The notes: a model not told the origin generated them from the sequence alone. 64,000 nt of DNA from an uncultured bacterium (GCA_963749495.1 CAVVMW010000010.1:192001-256000), one strand, 5' to 3'. Shown: positions 33,765-44,314, counted from the stretch's first letter. Numbers and translations: made by a program.

Positions 33765-33807
33765 TCGGATCAGAAGATTGCAGGTTCAAGTCCTGCCGGA
33801 CGCGCCA
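33765..33807 (+). tRNA. 3' half of a tRNA-Arg (att-site remnant, not a full tRNA)
   Basis: CGGATCAGA, T-arm GCAGGTTCAAGTCCTGC, acceptor CGGACGCGCCA; no 5' half upstream. Confidence 0.75.
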
Positions 33808-34303
33808 CTCCTGCAAGCACTTACGCAGATCGGCCCAACACTGACTGCGCCCCGCAGGATCAAACGTAGTATCCCCCCAGAAAATGGAAAGGGCTGAAAC
33901 GCGCTCCGCCTCGTCGGTGCCCAGGCCGCACCTTCCGACTCGACGCCTGGGCACGAGGCCGCGTTCTGCGAGCGATCCCCCCTGGTAAGGCCCCTCGCCG
34001 CTAAGGAATCGGAAGGACGTTGGGTGGCGGTGCCTTCCACCCTCGGCGGCGATCAAAACGCGTCACGGGGCAAACGGCGCGTTCTGGCGGGCGATTTTGA
34101 AGGTTCCCTCAAGCGACTTGCGCTTCACTGTGGCCAGGGTCCCGCGAGCCGCACGCCGACGGAAAACCGGGTTCGTCCCCTTGGATCGCCAAGGAGCTAG
34201 GCAGGGGGCACTGGCGGACGGCGGCCAACGTGATACGCCTGATCCAATCGGCCCGGAAATAATGCCCCGCCGATGCGAAATACTCCTTTTATCATCCCTG
34301 ACC

Positions 34304-36528
34304 CAGGGCGGCTGGCAAGGACCCGGGGGGCGCTCTAATGGGCAATGACTTAGGAAGAATTGGCTGGCGTCGGTCCTCTGACTGTGCTGGACTGGGGCCA
34401 TGTCTATTCATTTGGCCGACTGTTTCAAAGGGGGGCTCCCTCCGAGCCCAGGCTGCTCAGCGCAATCACTCTGCGGTTGATCGACGAATCAGATCGAGAT
34501 CGCTTCGATGAGTTGCTGGCGACCAAGCATTATCTAAAGAACCCCACGGTAGTGGGGCAGGTGCTGCGGTATGTGGCCGAGTATCAGGGCCAGTGGGTGG
34601 CGCTCCTGGTGTTTGGTTCGCCCGCCTTGCACCTCAAGCCACGGGATCGCTGGCTCAAATGGTCCCCGCGCCAAGTCAAGGAACGGCGGCACTTGATTGC
34701 ACAGAACGCCCGGTTTTTGGTGCTGCCCAGCAGCGGTCGGTGGCCGAATTTGGCCTCTCGGGTCTTGAAACTGGTCTGTGAGCGCCTAGCCCGGGATTGG
34801 CAGGAGCACTTTGGTCATCCGGTGCTGGGGATGGAGACCTTCGTGGATCCACAACGTTTCAAGGGCACTTGCTACAAAGCGGCGGGTTGGCAACAACTGG
34901 GGCCGACCCAGGGCTATGAGCGAAACTGGCAGGACTTCTACACCGACACGCAACACCCCAAGGAACTGTGGGTGCGCCCCTTAAGCCCGCGGAACTTGGA
35001 GCAACTGCAAGCCCCAGAGTTGCCGCCCGCCCTGCTCAATCCGGCCGGCCCCCTGCCGCCCCCTTGTCCGGTGGCCACCGGACGATTGCATTCGCTCTGG
35101 GAGTGCTTCCGGTTGCACATGACCGAACCGCGCAAGCCCAAGGGGGTGCGGCATCTGTTGGCCACGCTTCTGACGCTGGTCGCCTTGGCCATGGCGGCGG
35201 GCTGCCAAGGGCCGCACGCCATCGCCGAATTTGCCCAGAGCCTCAACCACGGACAGCGCCGCCATTTGCGCTGCCGCCGCCGTCCCGGCGCGCACGCTCA
35301 GTTCGACGTACCCAGTGAGCGTACCTTCCGGCGCTTGTTAGAAAAGGTGAATGCCGATCGAGCTCAAGGCGGTGTTGGTGGACTGGATGCGCCAGGAGGA
35401 TCCCACCCCGCTCAAGACGGTGCATTTCGATGGCAAAGTCGTCAAGAACGCTCGACCGGCCCCCGCCCGCCCCAAGGCGGACAACGCCCAGGAGTTGCCG
35501 GCGCCTGAGCCTTGCGAGATTCCCATCGAGCAGCAAAAGCCCAAGGCCGACAAGGCCCTGACGCTGGTCAACTTCATGACCTCCGACCAACGCCTGGTCG
35601 ATCAAATCGCCGTGCCGCGGGACACCAACGAAGAGGCCGCCGTCGCCGCCCATCTGCCCCAGATGGATTTGGCTGGAGTGCGAGTCACGGCCGATGCCGC
35701 CCATACCATCAAAGCCAATTGCCGCCAACTGACCTTCAACAACGGAGCCGACTACTTGCTCTTCTTAAAAGGCAACCAGCCTCTGGCCCGGGCCAAAGCC
35801 GAGCAACTGCTGCCCGGCGCCCTTCCCCCCTCAACTCAGTGTGGTGGACAAGGGCCACGGTCGGATTGAAACCCGGCGCGTGTGGTCTTGCCTGGTTGAC
35901 CCTCCGACTCTCGGTCTGGCCGGGGCCGCTCAACTGCTGCGCATCGAGCGCGACGTCCAGTTCGTGCGGCGGGGCCAGGTGGTTAAAGAGACTCACGACG
36001 TGGCGTTCCCCTTCACCAACCTCTGGCCGGAGGAGGCCTCGATCGACGAGTTGCAGCAGTTGGCCCGCGATCACTGGAGCATCGAAAATGGCCAGCATCA
36101 CCGCCGCGACCGCACTCAAGACGAAGACCGCTGCACAGTGCGTGAAACCAACACCGCTCGCAACCTCTCGCTGTTTCGCACCTTGGCCATATTCCTGTGC
36201 CAAACTCACCGCCCGCACCGGGGCGGCAAGCTCTCTGAGCGGGATTTTGAGCGCCGGGTTTGCCGCCGTCCCTGGGGCTTAATCCGCCGCTTCATGACCG
36301 GCTCAAGCACAGACGCAGACTAAGAAGCAACGCCTCAACCAGAACCGCAGGCTGCTTGCGCCAAAGCGGCCATCCTCCGGCTTTGCCGTGATGGCCCCAC
36401 CGACCTCGAAAACCAGCCCAGCAACGCGCTTTTTCTCAGTGAGCGCGCCGTTCGTGGAGGCTGGCGGGTTCAAAATACCCACCCGTGCCGATGCCAAAAC
36501 GTGCCGCCGGACTTTGTCAATAGCCCTG
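34304..36528 (+). mobile_element. ISAs1-family insertion sequence
   Basis: TIRs CAGGGCGGCTGGCAAGG / CTTTGTCAATAGCCCTG; 10-bp target duplication ATCCCTGACC at 34294-34303 and 36529-36538. Confidence 0.9.
34400..36323 (+). CDS. ISAs1 transposase with N-terminal DUF4338 (DruA-like) domain, split over several frames
   Basis: NARFLVL..NLASRVL..ETFVDP..GTCYKAAGW; PRKPKGVRH; FDGK, TADAAH, KGNQP, KGHGRIETR, HWSIEN..HHRRD..EDRC. Confidence 0.88.
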
Positions 36529-36597
36529 ATCCCTGACCCCTTCTCCCTGCAATTCTCATTGACTGTTTCCCTGGTTTCTGCTATACGAGTGTGAGCT

Positions 36598-36882
36598 ATG
36601 GTCGCTCGCGTCCTAATGGTGCTGCTGATGCTGCTCTTGGTCGGGTGCGGCAAGTCATCGCCAGCTTCGGGTTCCACGGGCGCAGCGGATTCGGCACAAA
36701 TTGACCCTGTGCTCGAGCAGTTGACGCAAGCGGTGAGGAAGTATGCGGTGGAACAGCATCGTGCGCCCACAACCTTGGATGAGCTGGTGGCCAAGGGTTA
36801 TCTGGCTGCAATTCCCAGCGCGCCTGCCAGGAAGAAGTTCGCGATCAACAAGAATCTCCAGGTTTGCCTGGCGAACCAATAG
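36598..36882 (+). CDS. Small lipoprotein (pseudopilin-like)
   Basis: Lipobox LVGC, PTTLDELVAKGYL. Confidence 0.7.
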   Translation: MVARVLMVLLMLLLVGCGKSSPASGSTGAADSAQIDPVLEQLTQAVRKYAVEQHRAPTTLDELVAKGYLAAIPSAPARKKFAINKNLQVCLANQ

Positions 36883-36891
36883 GAGGGGAGT

Positions 36892-37860
36892 ATGATGGTA
36901 TTTCACGCGAAATGGTGGTCCGCACATCCGAGGCAGACACCCTGCCCCCGCGCCGCGGCACTAGCCGTGTCAGGGCCGAAGCGGGGTTGGCGCCACGCGT
37001 TTACGTTGATCGAACTGCTGGTGGTAATTGCGATCATTGCCATTTTGGCCAGTCTGCTGCTGCCGGCCTTGGCCAGCGCCAAGGCCCGGGCACAGCGGCT
37101 GCAGTGTGCTTGTCAAATGAAGCAGCTGGGAACAGGGTTCGCAGTGTTCGCCTTGGATCACCTCAATCAGTATCCGCCGACCGCCTGGGCGAGCGGGGAC
37201 TACCAGTACCAACTGTCGTGGGACGATTACATCCACCGCTATATCGGGGGGACGGCGCCGGATGCGGATCTGATCGTGGGCATCTCGGGAGGTATTGCCG
37301 ACAAGGCCACCATTCCCAAAATCCTGAAATGTCCCGCCGACCGCATCGAGATCACGATTGTTTGGGCCGTATTCGGCCAGCGCAGAACCTACGCTATGAA
37401 CTACGCCGGCCCGGGTTTCACCCTCACCTCGGCGTCGGCGGCCCTGCCTCCGCCGGATTACGGTGTCGGGGTCTATTACGACTTCTATAACACAGCCCCC
37501 GGATCGCTTCCGGATTGGGACGCGCGGGGGTATAAGGACAGCGTGGCTCAGGATCCCTCAGGGACCATTTTCCTGGTTGAACAACCTGAAGGCGGGAACA
37601 TTTGCGGCAACGACTGGCCGTCCTTCTGCATGGGACCTACTGGCCCGGCCGAAGCAGGTGCCTACCCGGAACAAACGCCTTATCAGGTCGTCACCGGGGA
37701 GAAACAGCAGTGGGGCGCCACAACCTATGGGCTCCATGGGCAGCGTTTCAACTACCTTTTCCACGATGGCCATGTGGGGATCTATCGGATGAAGAATACC
37801 GTCGGGACCGGGACGTTGAACGCTCCCAAAGGGATGTGGACGATGAAGGTCGGGGATTGA
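36892..37860 (+). CDS. Prepilin-type N-terminal cleavage/methylation and H-X9-DG domain protein
   Basis: [38 protein letters not shown]. Confidence 0.92.
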   Translation: MMVFHAKWWSAHPRQTPCPRAAALAVSGPKRGWRHAFTLIELLVVIAIIAILASLLLPALASAKARAQRLQCACQMKQLGTGFAVFALDHLNQYPPTAWASGDYQYQLSWDDYIHRYIGGTAPDADLIVGISGGIADKATIPKILKCPADRIEITIVWAVFGQRRTYAMNYAGPGFTLTSASAALPPPDYGVGVYYDFYNTAPGSLPDWDARGYKDSVAQDPSGTIFLVEQPEGGNICGNDWPSFCMGPTGPAEAGAYPEQTPYQVVTGEKQQWGATTYGLHGQRFNYLFHDGHVGIYRMKNTVGTGTLNAPKGMWTMKVGD

Positions 37861-37929
37861 CCCGGCCACACTCAGGTCTAACGCCGAGGCCACCGAAGAT
37901 CGGTAGTCCCCACGATCCAGGTGAACTTA

Positions 37930-38090
37930 GGAGGCCATTCACAATAACATGAACACTCTCGCTTGGTCTTTTGACCGCTGGCTTCGTTGCTCGCTCGTTA
38001 CAGACCGCTTCGGGTATGCTCCTCGCTCGCGCCTCGCCAGCGGTCAAAATCCCGGCGCGATAGTTGTCCATGTTATTGTGAATAGCCTCC
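37930..38090. mobile_element. MITE, TIR GGAGGCCATTCACAATAACATG, TTA target duplication (IS5/IS1031-like ends)
   Basis: About 27-bp near-perfect TIR; TTA at 37927-37929 and 38091-38093. Confidence 0.8.
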
Positions 38091-38252
38091 TTAGAGCGCG
38101 TTTTAAAATTCAGTTCTCCGGGGAGTTGGACCTTCCTTGACCAACCCCCTGCACGAGGTTCTTATCCAACGCGGGCCTAGGTTGGCGTGGTGGCTCCCTC
38201 CAAAGGCACCCGGCGCACCTTCTTCTGGCCCGCCCGCTTCTGGCCCACCTAT

Positions 38253-38404
38253 TCTGAGGCTATTTCCCGAGGGCTCGGCACAGCGCAAGTACTTGGTGAA
38301 CAGAGATTTATCGGAAATCAATAATTTTTGTTGACGTTTTTCGATAATATGTTATCGTTTAACGATGACTAAAACAATCATGAAAACAAAAAGCCGATTG
38401 CCGA
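38253..38404 (+). promoter_or_regulatory. Promoter/operator block, copy 1 of a ~152-bp direct repeat
   Basis: TTGACG at 38331 and TGnTATCGT at 38350-38358; TTATCG-N-CGAT palindromes; near-identical to 39234-39386. Confidence 0.75.
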
Positions 38405-39216
38405 TCACCCACGCAGCGTCAATAACCGGCGGGGCGGCAAAAGAGCAATTTCTTATCAGTTCGCTGTTGGTCCTGGCGGTCACAGTGCTTCTGGCTGCCC
38501 GATTCGCCGTCGCCGCCGATGCCAAGCTGCCGTCCGCCCAGGAAGTTTTCGCCGCTCATGTCAAAGCCATTGGCGGCAAGGCGGCCGTGCTGAAGGTCCC
38601 TGGCATGCGGGCGAAAGGCCAGTTCAGCCTCGCCGCCGCGAACATGAACGGGGAGATCGAGATTATGGGCGCCAAGCCGAACAAGCAGGTGTTCCACAGC
38701 ACCATCCCGGGCGTCGGCGTCGTGGCCGGCGGGTTCGATGGCAGGGTGGGTTGGTCAATCGACCCCTCGCAAGGCCCGCTGGTCCTCAAGGCCCGGATGC
38801 TCGACCAGGCCCATGACAACGCACAGTTTTGCAGCCAGTTTCAACTCCATGACGGCGATCTCACCAGCGCCGAGACCGTGGCGAAGACCACGTTTGCCGG
38901 CCAGAATTGCTACCAGGTGAAGGTCGTGTGGAAGTCCGGGCGGGAGGAGACCTTGTTCTTCAACACCAAGACCGGCCTGTGTGCGGGCGGCCGCCGGATG
39001 CAGGAGACCCAGCAGGACTCGAGCGAAATCATGAACGAGCTTTCCGATTACAAGAAATGCGGCGACCTCCTCCAGCCCACCAAAATCCTGCAGAAAGTGA
39101 ATGACATGGAGATTGTCATCACCATCACGGAGGCCAGGTTTGAGGCGGTGCCGGACAAGGAGTTCGCGCTGCCCGAGGCGATCCAGAAACTCGTGAACGG
39201 CGCGCCGGCGAAGTAG
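38380..39216 (+). CDS. Exported protein, possibly LolA-like/lipoprotein-sorting fold
   Basis: LPSAQEVFAAHVKAIGG, GFDGRVGW, SDYKK..D.LQP. Confidence 0.65.
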   Translation: MKTKSRLPITHAASITGGAAKEQFLISSLLVLAVTVLLAARFAVAADAKLPSAQEVFAAHVKAIGGKAAVLKVPGMRAKGQFSLAAANMNGEIEIMGAKPNKQVFHSTIPGVGVVAGGFDGRVGWSIDPSQGPLVLKARMLDQAHDNAQFCSQFQLHDGDLTSAETVAKTTFAGQNCYQVKVVWKSGREETLFFNTKTGLCAGGRRMQETQQDSSEIMNELSDYKKCGDLLQPTKILQKVNDMEIVITITEARFEAVPDKEFALPEAIQKLVNGAPAK

Positions 39217-39233
39217 CCCGCGGGCTCAGGGGC

Positions 39234-39386
39234 TCTGAGGCTATTTCCCGAGGGCCCGGCACAGCGCAAGTACTTGGTGAACAGAGATTTATCGAAAGTC
39301 AATAATTTTTTGTTGCCGCTTTTCGATAATATGTTATCGTTTAACGATGAATCGAACAATCATGAAAACAAAAAGCCGATTGCCGA
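39234..39386 (+). promoter_or_regulatory. Promoter/operator block, copy 2
   Basis: Direct repeat including start codon and MKTKSRLP codons. Confidence 0.75.
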
Positions 39387-40073
39387 AATTCTTTCACAGA
39401 CTATTTGGTTTACTCTGAGATCCTCGCCCCGACCCTGGGGGCGATACTCTGTTTCATGATACTGGTGCTTCCGAGTGTCTCGAACCGTGCTGAATTGGGA
39501 TTGGAGTTGGGTGAGGTTGGATTGATGCCGGAATCAGGCGCTCTCACAGTGACCGCTGCCGATTCCAAAGCCGGGACAGTCAGCATCAATAATCTGCACG
39601 GGAGCGTTTCGGTCAAGAATCCGGGCGAGGGCGCCCTCGCCTTGACTCGATGGCACACCCTGCCTTTTGTCCTCGGCTACCTGGGTTTCGTCACTGTGCT
39701 CTTCGATTTGTTCCGGCGTTTGTTCCGGAACGTTGAACGGGGCGAGATCTTCACTGAACGAAGTCTTCATTTGGTCCATGTGATTGGAATAGCCATTGTT
39801 GTTTTTACCCTTTTATCCGCGGCGACAACAACGTGGCACAATCACGCAATCAGAACCTACTTGGAGCAGCATGCCGATGCTCAAGGAATCGAAATTCAAG
39901 GAATCAAAATGGCCTTTACCAGTCCGTATGCCAATGTTATCGCCATTGACTCCAGGCACTACGGATTTGACTTTAGCTGGGGGGGAATTCTGACCGGGCT
40001 GCTGGTCCTGTCCCTGGGCGAAGTCTTCCGCCAAGGTTTGGCGCTGAAAGAGGACAACGAACTTACGATCTAA
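39362..40073 (+). CDS. DUF2975-type membrane protein (frameshift near 39405)
   Basis: LFRNVERGEIFT, C-terminal EVFRQGLALKEDNELTI; followed by XRE regulator. Confidence 0.85.
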
Positions 40074-40086
40074 CCCGCCACAGCTT

Positions 40087-40326
40087 ATGCCGATACGATT
40101 GAATTTAGACCGGGTGATGTTCGAGCGGCGGATCAGTCTGACCGAGCTGGCCGACCGGATCGGGATCACCCTGGCAAACCTCTCGATTCTCAAGACCAAC
40201 AAGGCGCGGGCGGTGCGTTTCAGCACGCTGGGGGCGCTCTGCCGCGAGTTAAAGTGCCAGCCTGGCGATTTGCTGGAATACGTGGATGCGGGCGAAGATC
40301 AATCAACCGTTCACGAAGTCGCTTAA
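40087..40326 (+). CDS. XRE/Cro-like HTH regulator (YozG-like)
   Basis: LTELADRIGITLANLSILKTNKARAVRFSTL..LC..L.CQPGDLLEY. Confidence 0.93.
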   Translation: MPIRLNLDRVMFERRISLTELADRIGITLANLSILKTNKARAVRFSTLGALCRELKCQPGDLLEYVDAGEDQSTVHEVA

Positions 40327-40924
40327 AAACGGGCCAGCCGGTTTTTCGACGATCACTAATTGATCCCGGCGATACCGCCCGACGCGCCATCGGCTGTCGG
40401 GTTGATCCCGACGAAGTTGTCTTTGTGTTCGAGCCTTCGGCGTATGGTGCTCAAATCCCCGCCGATGCCCAAGTGCATGTCCTTCACGCAGGGCCTGCCA
40501 CCTCGTCCTCTATGCGGACCTCGATTTTACCGAACTGGTATCGGCCCTCAGTGTGTCAAACAAAAACCATGCCCGCAAAAATCCCCCGGTTTTACCGGCG
40601 CTGTTTCGCCTTGTTGCACGTCGTGTTGCGGGTCCGACCTCAAAAATCCCGCGGTTCCACGGGCCTTGTAGCACTGTAGCAGGTCCATGCCCCCCGCGCC
40701 GCAGACCACCCGGTCAGGAGAACGGCTTGGGCAGAATCCGGCGCTTGCGTTGGGCGAGCACCCTCTGGTATGTTGCCACACGATGTTGACGCCCGGTGGC
40801 AACCGTGCGGTGCTGGGCGGTGCATTCCGCTGCAGGGTCTGCACAGCCTTTCTGCAGGACAACAAGCAGCACAACGTCAATGGCAACCGGCACGAATCTG
40901 CACAAGTGCTTGGTAATCAGTGTA

Positions 40925-40963
40925 GCCGATGTGGCGGAATTGGCAGACGCGCTAGACTCAAAA
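40925..40963 (+). tRNA. 5' half of tRNA-Leu(CAA) (att-site remnant)
   Basis: GCCGATGTGGCGGAATTGGCAGACGCGCTAGACTCAAAA; breaks right after the anticodon loop; no T-arm or CCA follows. Confidence 0.82.
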
Positions 40964-41084
40964 TTCTACTTTTGCGGTTTTCCGAAGGTTTCCAAAGGCT
41001 AACGCGACCCCATCGATCATCCCGTATTTACCGGCCTTCTCCCGATTTCCCTTTCTCGCTGAACGACTTCATCGGCGGCTCGAA

Positions 41085-41116
41085 TACTGTCGCAATTACT
41101 GTCGCAATTACTGTCG
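41085..41116. repeat. 12-mer direct repeats TACTGTCGCAAT (x2.7), candidate integrase arm-type sites
   Basis: About 120 bp inside the tRNA-Leu half. Confidence 0.6.
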
Positions 41117-41330
41117 TGGCCCTGGAGATCGCTTCCGAACCGGCGAGCATCCCGCAAACCACCGAGCCGGGCTGCTGCCGGACGCCACCCAGGGCAAGCC
41201 CGGACGCCGTTCGCTGCCTTTCGCTTCTTGATCAACGACAAACGCCCATTGCCGCGCCAAGAGCGTCAACATGCGCTTGACGGCTCGACGCCGTTCTCAA
41301 CGCGAGCGTTGAGGCCGGTAGATAAAGCGT

Positions 41331-41846
41331 ATGGACAACGACAAGAACAGGACGCCCGCCAATACCTCGATCCCGATTCGGTCTTGCCCGTTCTGCGGGT
41401 CCGAGGCCCAGCTCGTCAGTGTCCACGACCGATATGGCGTCCAGTGCGCGTGCGGCGCTGGCGTCAAGCCCGCCCACGGGACCTTGGTTGAGGCTCTCAT
41501 TCGCTGGAACAGGCGCGGCGGCGGCGTGTCGGCTGCCGGGGGCCGCGCAACAAAGGGCATTTCGACGCCGAGAAAGCGCCGGGCCTGTCGGAGGAACCTG
41601 GCGCTAGCCAGGGAGGCGAAGGTGCGCATCAAGCTCAGGGCCGAGGCCGAGGACGCGATTGCCCAGCTCCGGCCACTCCGCGAAGCCGAACAGCTCCGGT
41701 TGGAGGAGCTGGCGGCAGGCTCCCGCGCCCAACTTGCCGCTCTCCTGCCCCAGATCGAAGCCCATCCGGTGTTGCGCGGGACGGTGGAGCTGCTGGAGCC
41801 TGGTCAGCCAGCCGAGGGCGTAGGCCCCGAGGTACACGGCGCTTGA
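41331..41846 (+). CDS. Lar-like zinc-ribbon protein with helical C-terminus
   Basis: SCPFCGSEA...VQCACGA...EALIRWNRR. Confidence 0.65.
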   Translation: MDNDKNRTPANTSIPIRSCPFCGSEAQLVSVHDRYGVQCACGAGVKPAHGTLVEALIRWNRRGGGVSAAGGRATKGISTPRKRRACRRNLALAREAKVRIKLRAEAEDAIAQLRPLREAEQLRLEELAAGSRAQLAALLPQIEAHPVLRGTVELLEPGQPAEGVGPEVHGA

Positions 41847-41925
41847 GCTGTCGCCGGACGGCCCCCGGCTGAGATTGTCGCCGCTGGCGCAGTCTTCGCG
41901 GGCCGGTCCAACCGCCCTGTCCTGG

Positions 41926-42404
41926 GACGCGCCCGTCGCCGGTCTCGGCCAACGGCCTCCTGGACGGCCATTGGCGGGCGGATAATGGTGAAGACCCACG
42001 GCGAGCGTGGCAGCCGTCCGGCTCTTGCCGCAGCCTCTCCTTTATGTGCGCTTCCACCACATCGTCCTGTCGCCGATGCCGACCTTGGCTGCGCTCACCT
42101 GGTCGGCAACCTCCTGGGGAGCGGCGGCGTAAACAAAAACACTCCAACCGAGATAGATACTGTGGTTGAGACGCGCCCGTGGCCGGTCTCCACGCCAGCG
42201 GTCTCGACGCCAGCGGCCTCCTGGACGGCCATTGGCAGGCCGGTGAATATCGGCAGGAACCTGCCGAAAATGCCCCGAGGCTGGGTTGGTGGGGCAGCTC
42301 TGGCTCCGGGCAGGCCCACGGCGGGCGCGGCACCCGTCCGGCTCTCGCCGCAGCCGGTACTCCAGGTGTGCTTCCACCGTGCGGTACTGTCGCCGGTGCC
42401 GACC
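41926..42404. repeat. Imperfect direct duplication (about 160 and 235 bp units)
   Basis: GACGCGCCCGT, GGCCTCCTGGACGGCCATTGGC, CCGTCCGGCTCT and CTGTCGCCG.TGCCGACC each occur twice in the same order. Confidence 0.7.
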
Positions 42405-43129
42405 GCCTAATCCCCGCCCCAACGGCCCGCCCGTCAGCTTCATGTCCAACGCGAAGGTGTCCTTGCCCACCATCTCACTCATGCGCCACTCGTTGCCCTG
42501 GATGGAGTCGGCGCAGGTACCACCTGGGCTTGGATGTGTTCGTCGGCAGCGGCAGCCCCAGGATGGACCGTTTACCGGGCCTGGAATCCTCTCAGAGCCG
42601 CCGCAGGCTCGCGGATGGACTTCCTCACCCTGGCCGAAAAGAGGCCCCAGGGCGGCATTGGGGGACGGCCAAGTGCTCGGAGTGGTCGCGCTTAGGGGCC
42701 GCAACCCGTGTTCGCCCGCTTTCCAATCCCCATGGCTGGAAGGCTCCAGGACGGCCCGGCGTTCTGGCCGGTCTTCCTGGAAGTCCATGTCGCGCCCCAA
42801 AAGCGCCGTGGGGCCTCGTGGAGCGTGCGCTAGCCGCACGGGCGAGGGTTGCCAGGTCTTCACTGCCGCCGATCTCCTGGAAGCCGACCAACAGCGGGAC
42901 CTCGGCAGGCGAAAATGCAACCGAAAACCATCGGCGATCAGAGCGCCCACCGAACCAGCCCGCCGCCGCGTCTGTCGTCGCCCACCCTGTCCCCCGCTGA
43001 GCTGCCGGGCCTTAACGTCCTCGTCCTTGCGCACCTATGACCTGAATGACCTGAGATGCCGCATCACCCACCGGCTCAGCGCCAAGCACGGGTCTCTGCC
43101 CGGAATAGGGCGACATCATGGCAGAGCTT

Positions 43130-44314
43130 TCAGTAGTCGTTGATCCGGCCCCACATTTTCCCCTGCTGGTAGAGGATGCTGGTGTTCAACTCGATCTCAA
43201 TCTGCCCATCGGAGCACTCGTAATGCCAGGATACCTGATCGCCCACGGTCTGTGTGGACGAGGGATTTCCCATGAATTTCTTGAAGTCGTCGGGATTCCA
43301 CGCATCAACGATGCGCGCATGGGCGTTTTGGCCGTAGCGGCTCTCCAGCGTGTGGAGCCATTCGGCCTTGGTGGGTTTGGCCTTTCCTCCAGTATTTTCT
43401 GCGTCTCTCAAAAGCTCCTCAATTCGACTGCTTGCCGCGTTGAGGTCGTGGTTCTCCACCGCTTCCATCAACGGTGTCCCGGCCCTGTCCTGTTGGTCGC
43501 CGGGTGCGGGTCTAGGCTTCATTATCGCCGTGGCGATGTAGCCCTGTTTTCCAGCGTATTGGCCTTCCAGGACTTTGACGTAGGCGTACTTTTCATCCTT
43601 GGTGTATGCAATTATTTTAACGCGCACCCGGTCCCCAAGACGGTAGCTTGGCGCATAAACATCTGTGGGGCTGCCGTTGAGAATCACATCGAGGCCCTGA
43701 CGAACCTCGGCGGGGTATTCCTCATGGGTACAGGTGTATTGAGTGAGCACTTTGGGAAGTCCTCCAGTCTGTTGTTCAACCGCACGACGTTTGAAAACGC
43801 CAGACATCATCACGATGCCAGCCAGCAGCAGGGCACTCATTGAGCACAGGAGCACCTGACCCCCGAGCGGTATCCTCTTTCGCTTCGTGGCTAGGTCAGC
43901 CGCTATCATGCGCAAGCCCCAAGCGAAAATCACGGTGAGGCTGCCCCCAAAAAATGCCCAACCGCGATTCTGGTCTGAAAACGCCGCTGACAGAATCGTG
44001 AATCCAACGATGTAGAGAAAGATGCCGATGCCACGAAGAAGCTCTCTGCCTCGCCTGGCCTCATCCTCGGGCGCAGGCGGTGCGCTCGGGTGCTGCGCCC
44101 CCCGTGTGTCCCACTTTTCATCGCGCTGTTTCGGTGGTTTGGGCACCGTTTGCGCTTCCAACAGACGATTTGCCTGTTGGAGTGTGACGGCAACCGGGCA
44201 GCCGCAATGCGGACACGCTGTGGCCTGGCTGGATACGTCGTTGCCACACTCAGAGCATTTGATGAGCGCCATAAAGTGCCTTTCATTCGGTTGTAATTGG
44301 ATCTCAGTTGCCAT
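43130..44314 (-). CDS. Zinc-ribbon membrane protein with C-terminal domain shared with the next gene
   Basis: CSECG..VS..A..CPHCG, 3 hydrophobic segments, KAEW...DFKKFMGNPSSTQT..WHYECSDG. Confidence 0.8.
   Translation of the reverse strand: MATEIQLQPNERHFMALIKCSECGNDVSSQATACPHCGCPVAVTLQQANRLLEAQTVPKPPKQRDEKWDTRGAQHPSAPPAPEDEARRGRELLRGIGIFLYIVGFTILSAAFSDQNRGWAFFGGSLTVIFAWGLRMIAADLATKRKRIPLGGQVLLCSMSALLLAGIVMMSGVFKRRAVEQQTGGLPKVLTQYTCTHEEYPAEVRQGLDVILNGSPTDVYAPSYRLGDRVRVKIIAYTKDEKYAYVKVLEGQYAGKQGYIATAIMKPRPAPGDQQDRAGTPLMEAVENHDLNAASSRIEELLRDAENTGGKAKPTKAEWLHTLESRYGQNAHARIVDAWNPDDFKKFMGNPSSTQTVGDQVSWHYECSDGQIEIELNTSILYQQGKMWGRINDY

Noticed and set aside
34400..35050. Druantia defence system
   Set aside because: The DUF4338-like domain lies within ISAs1 ends as part of the transposase, and no DruE helicase is present
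33730..40990. Functional tRNA-Arg and tRNA-Leu genes
   Set aside because: Only half of each cloverleaf is present; the halves are different isotypes and cannot form one split tRNA
41985..43143. Overlapping 140-330-aa ORFs in the pipolin interior
   Set aside because: R/P/G/A-rich translations on both strands without motifs; likely spurious
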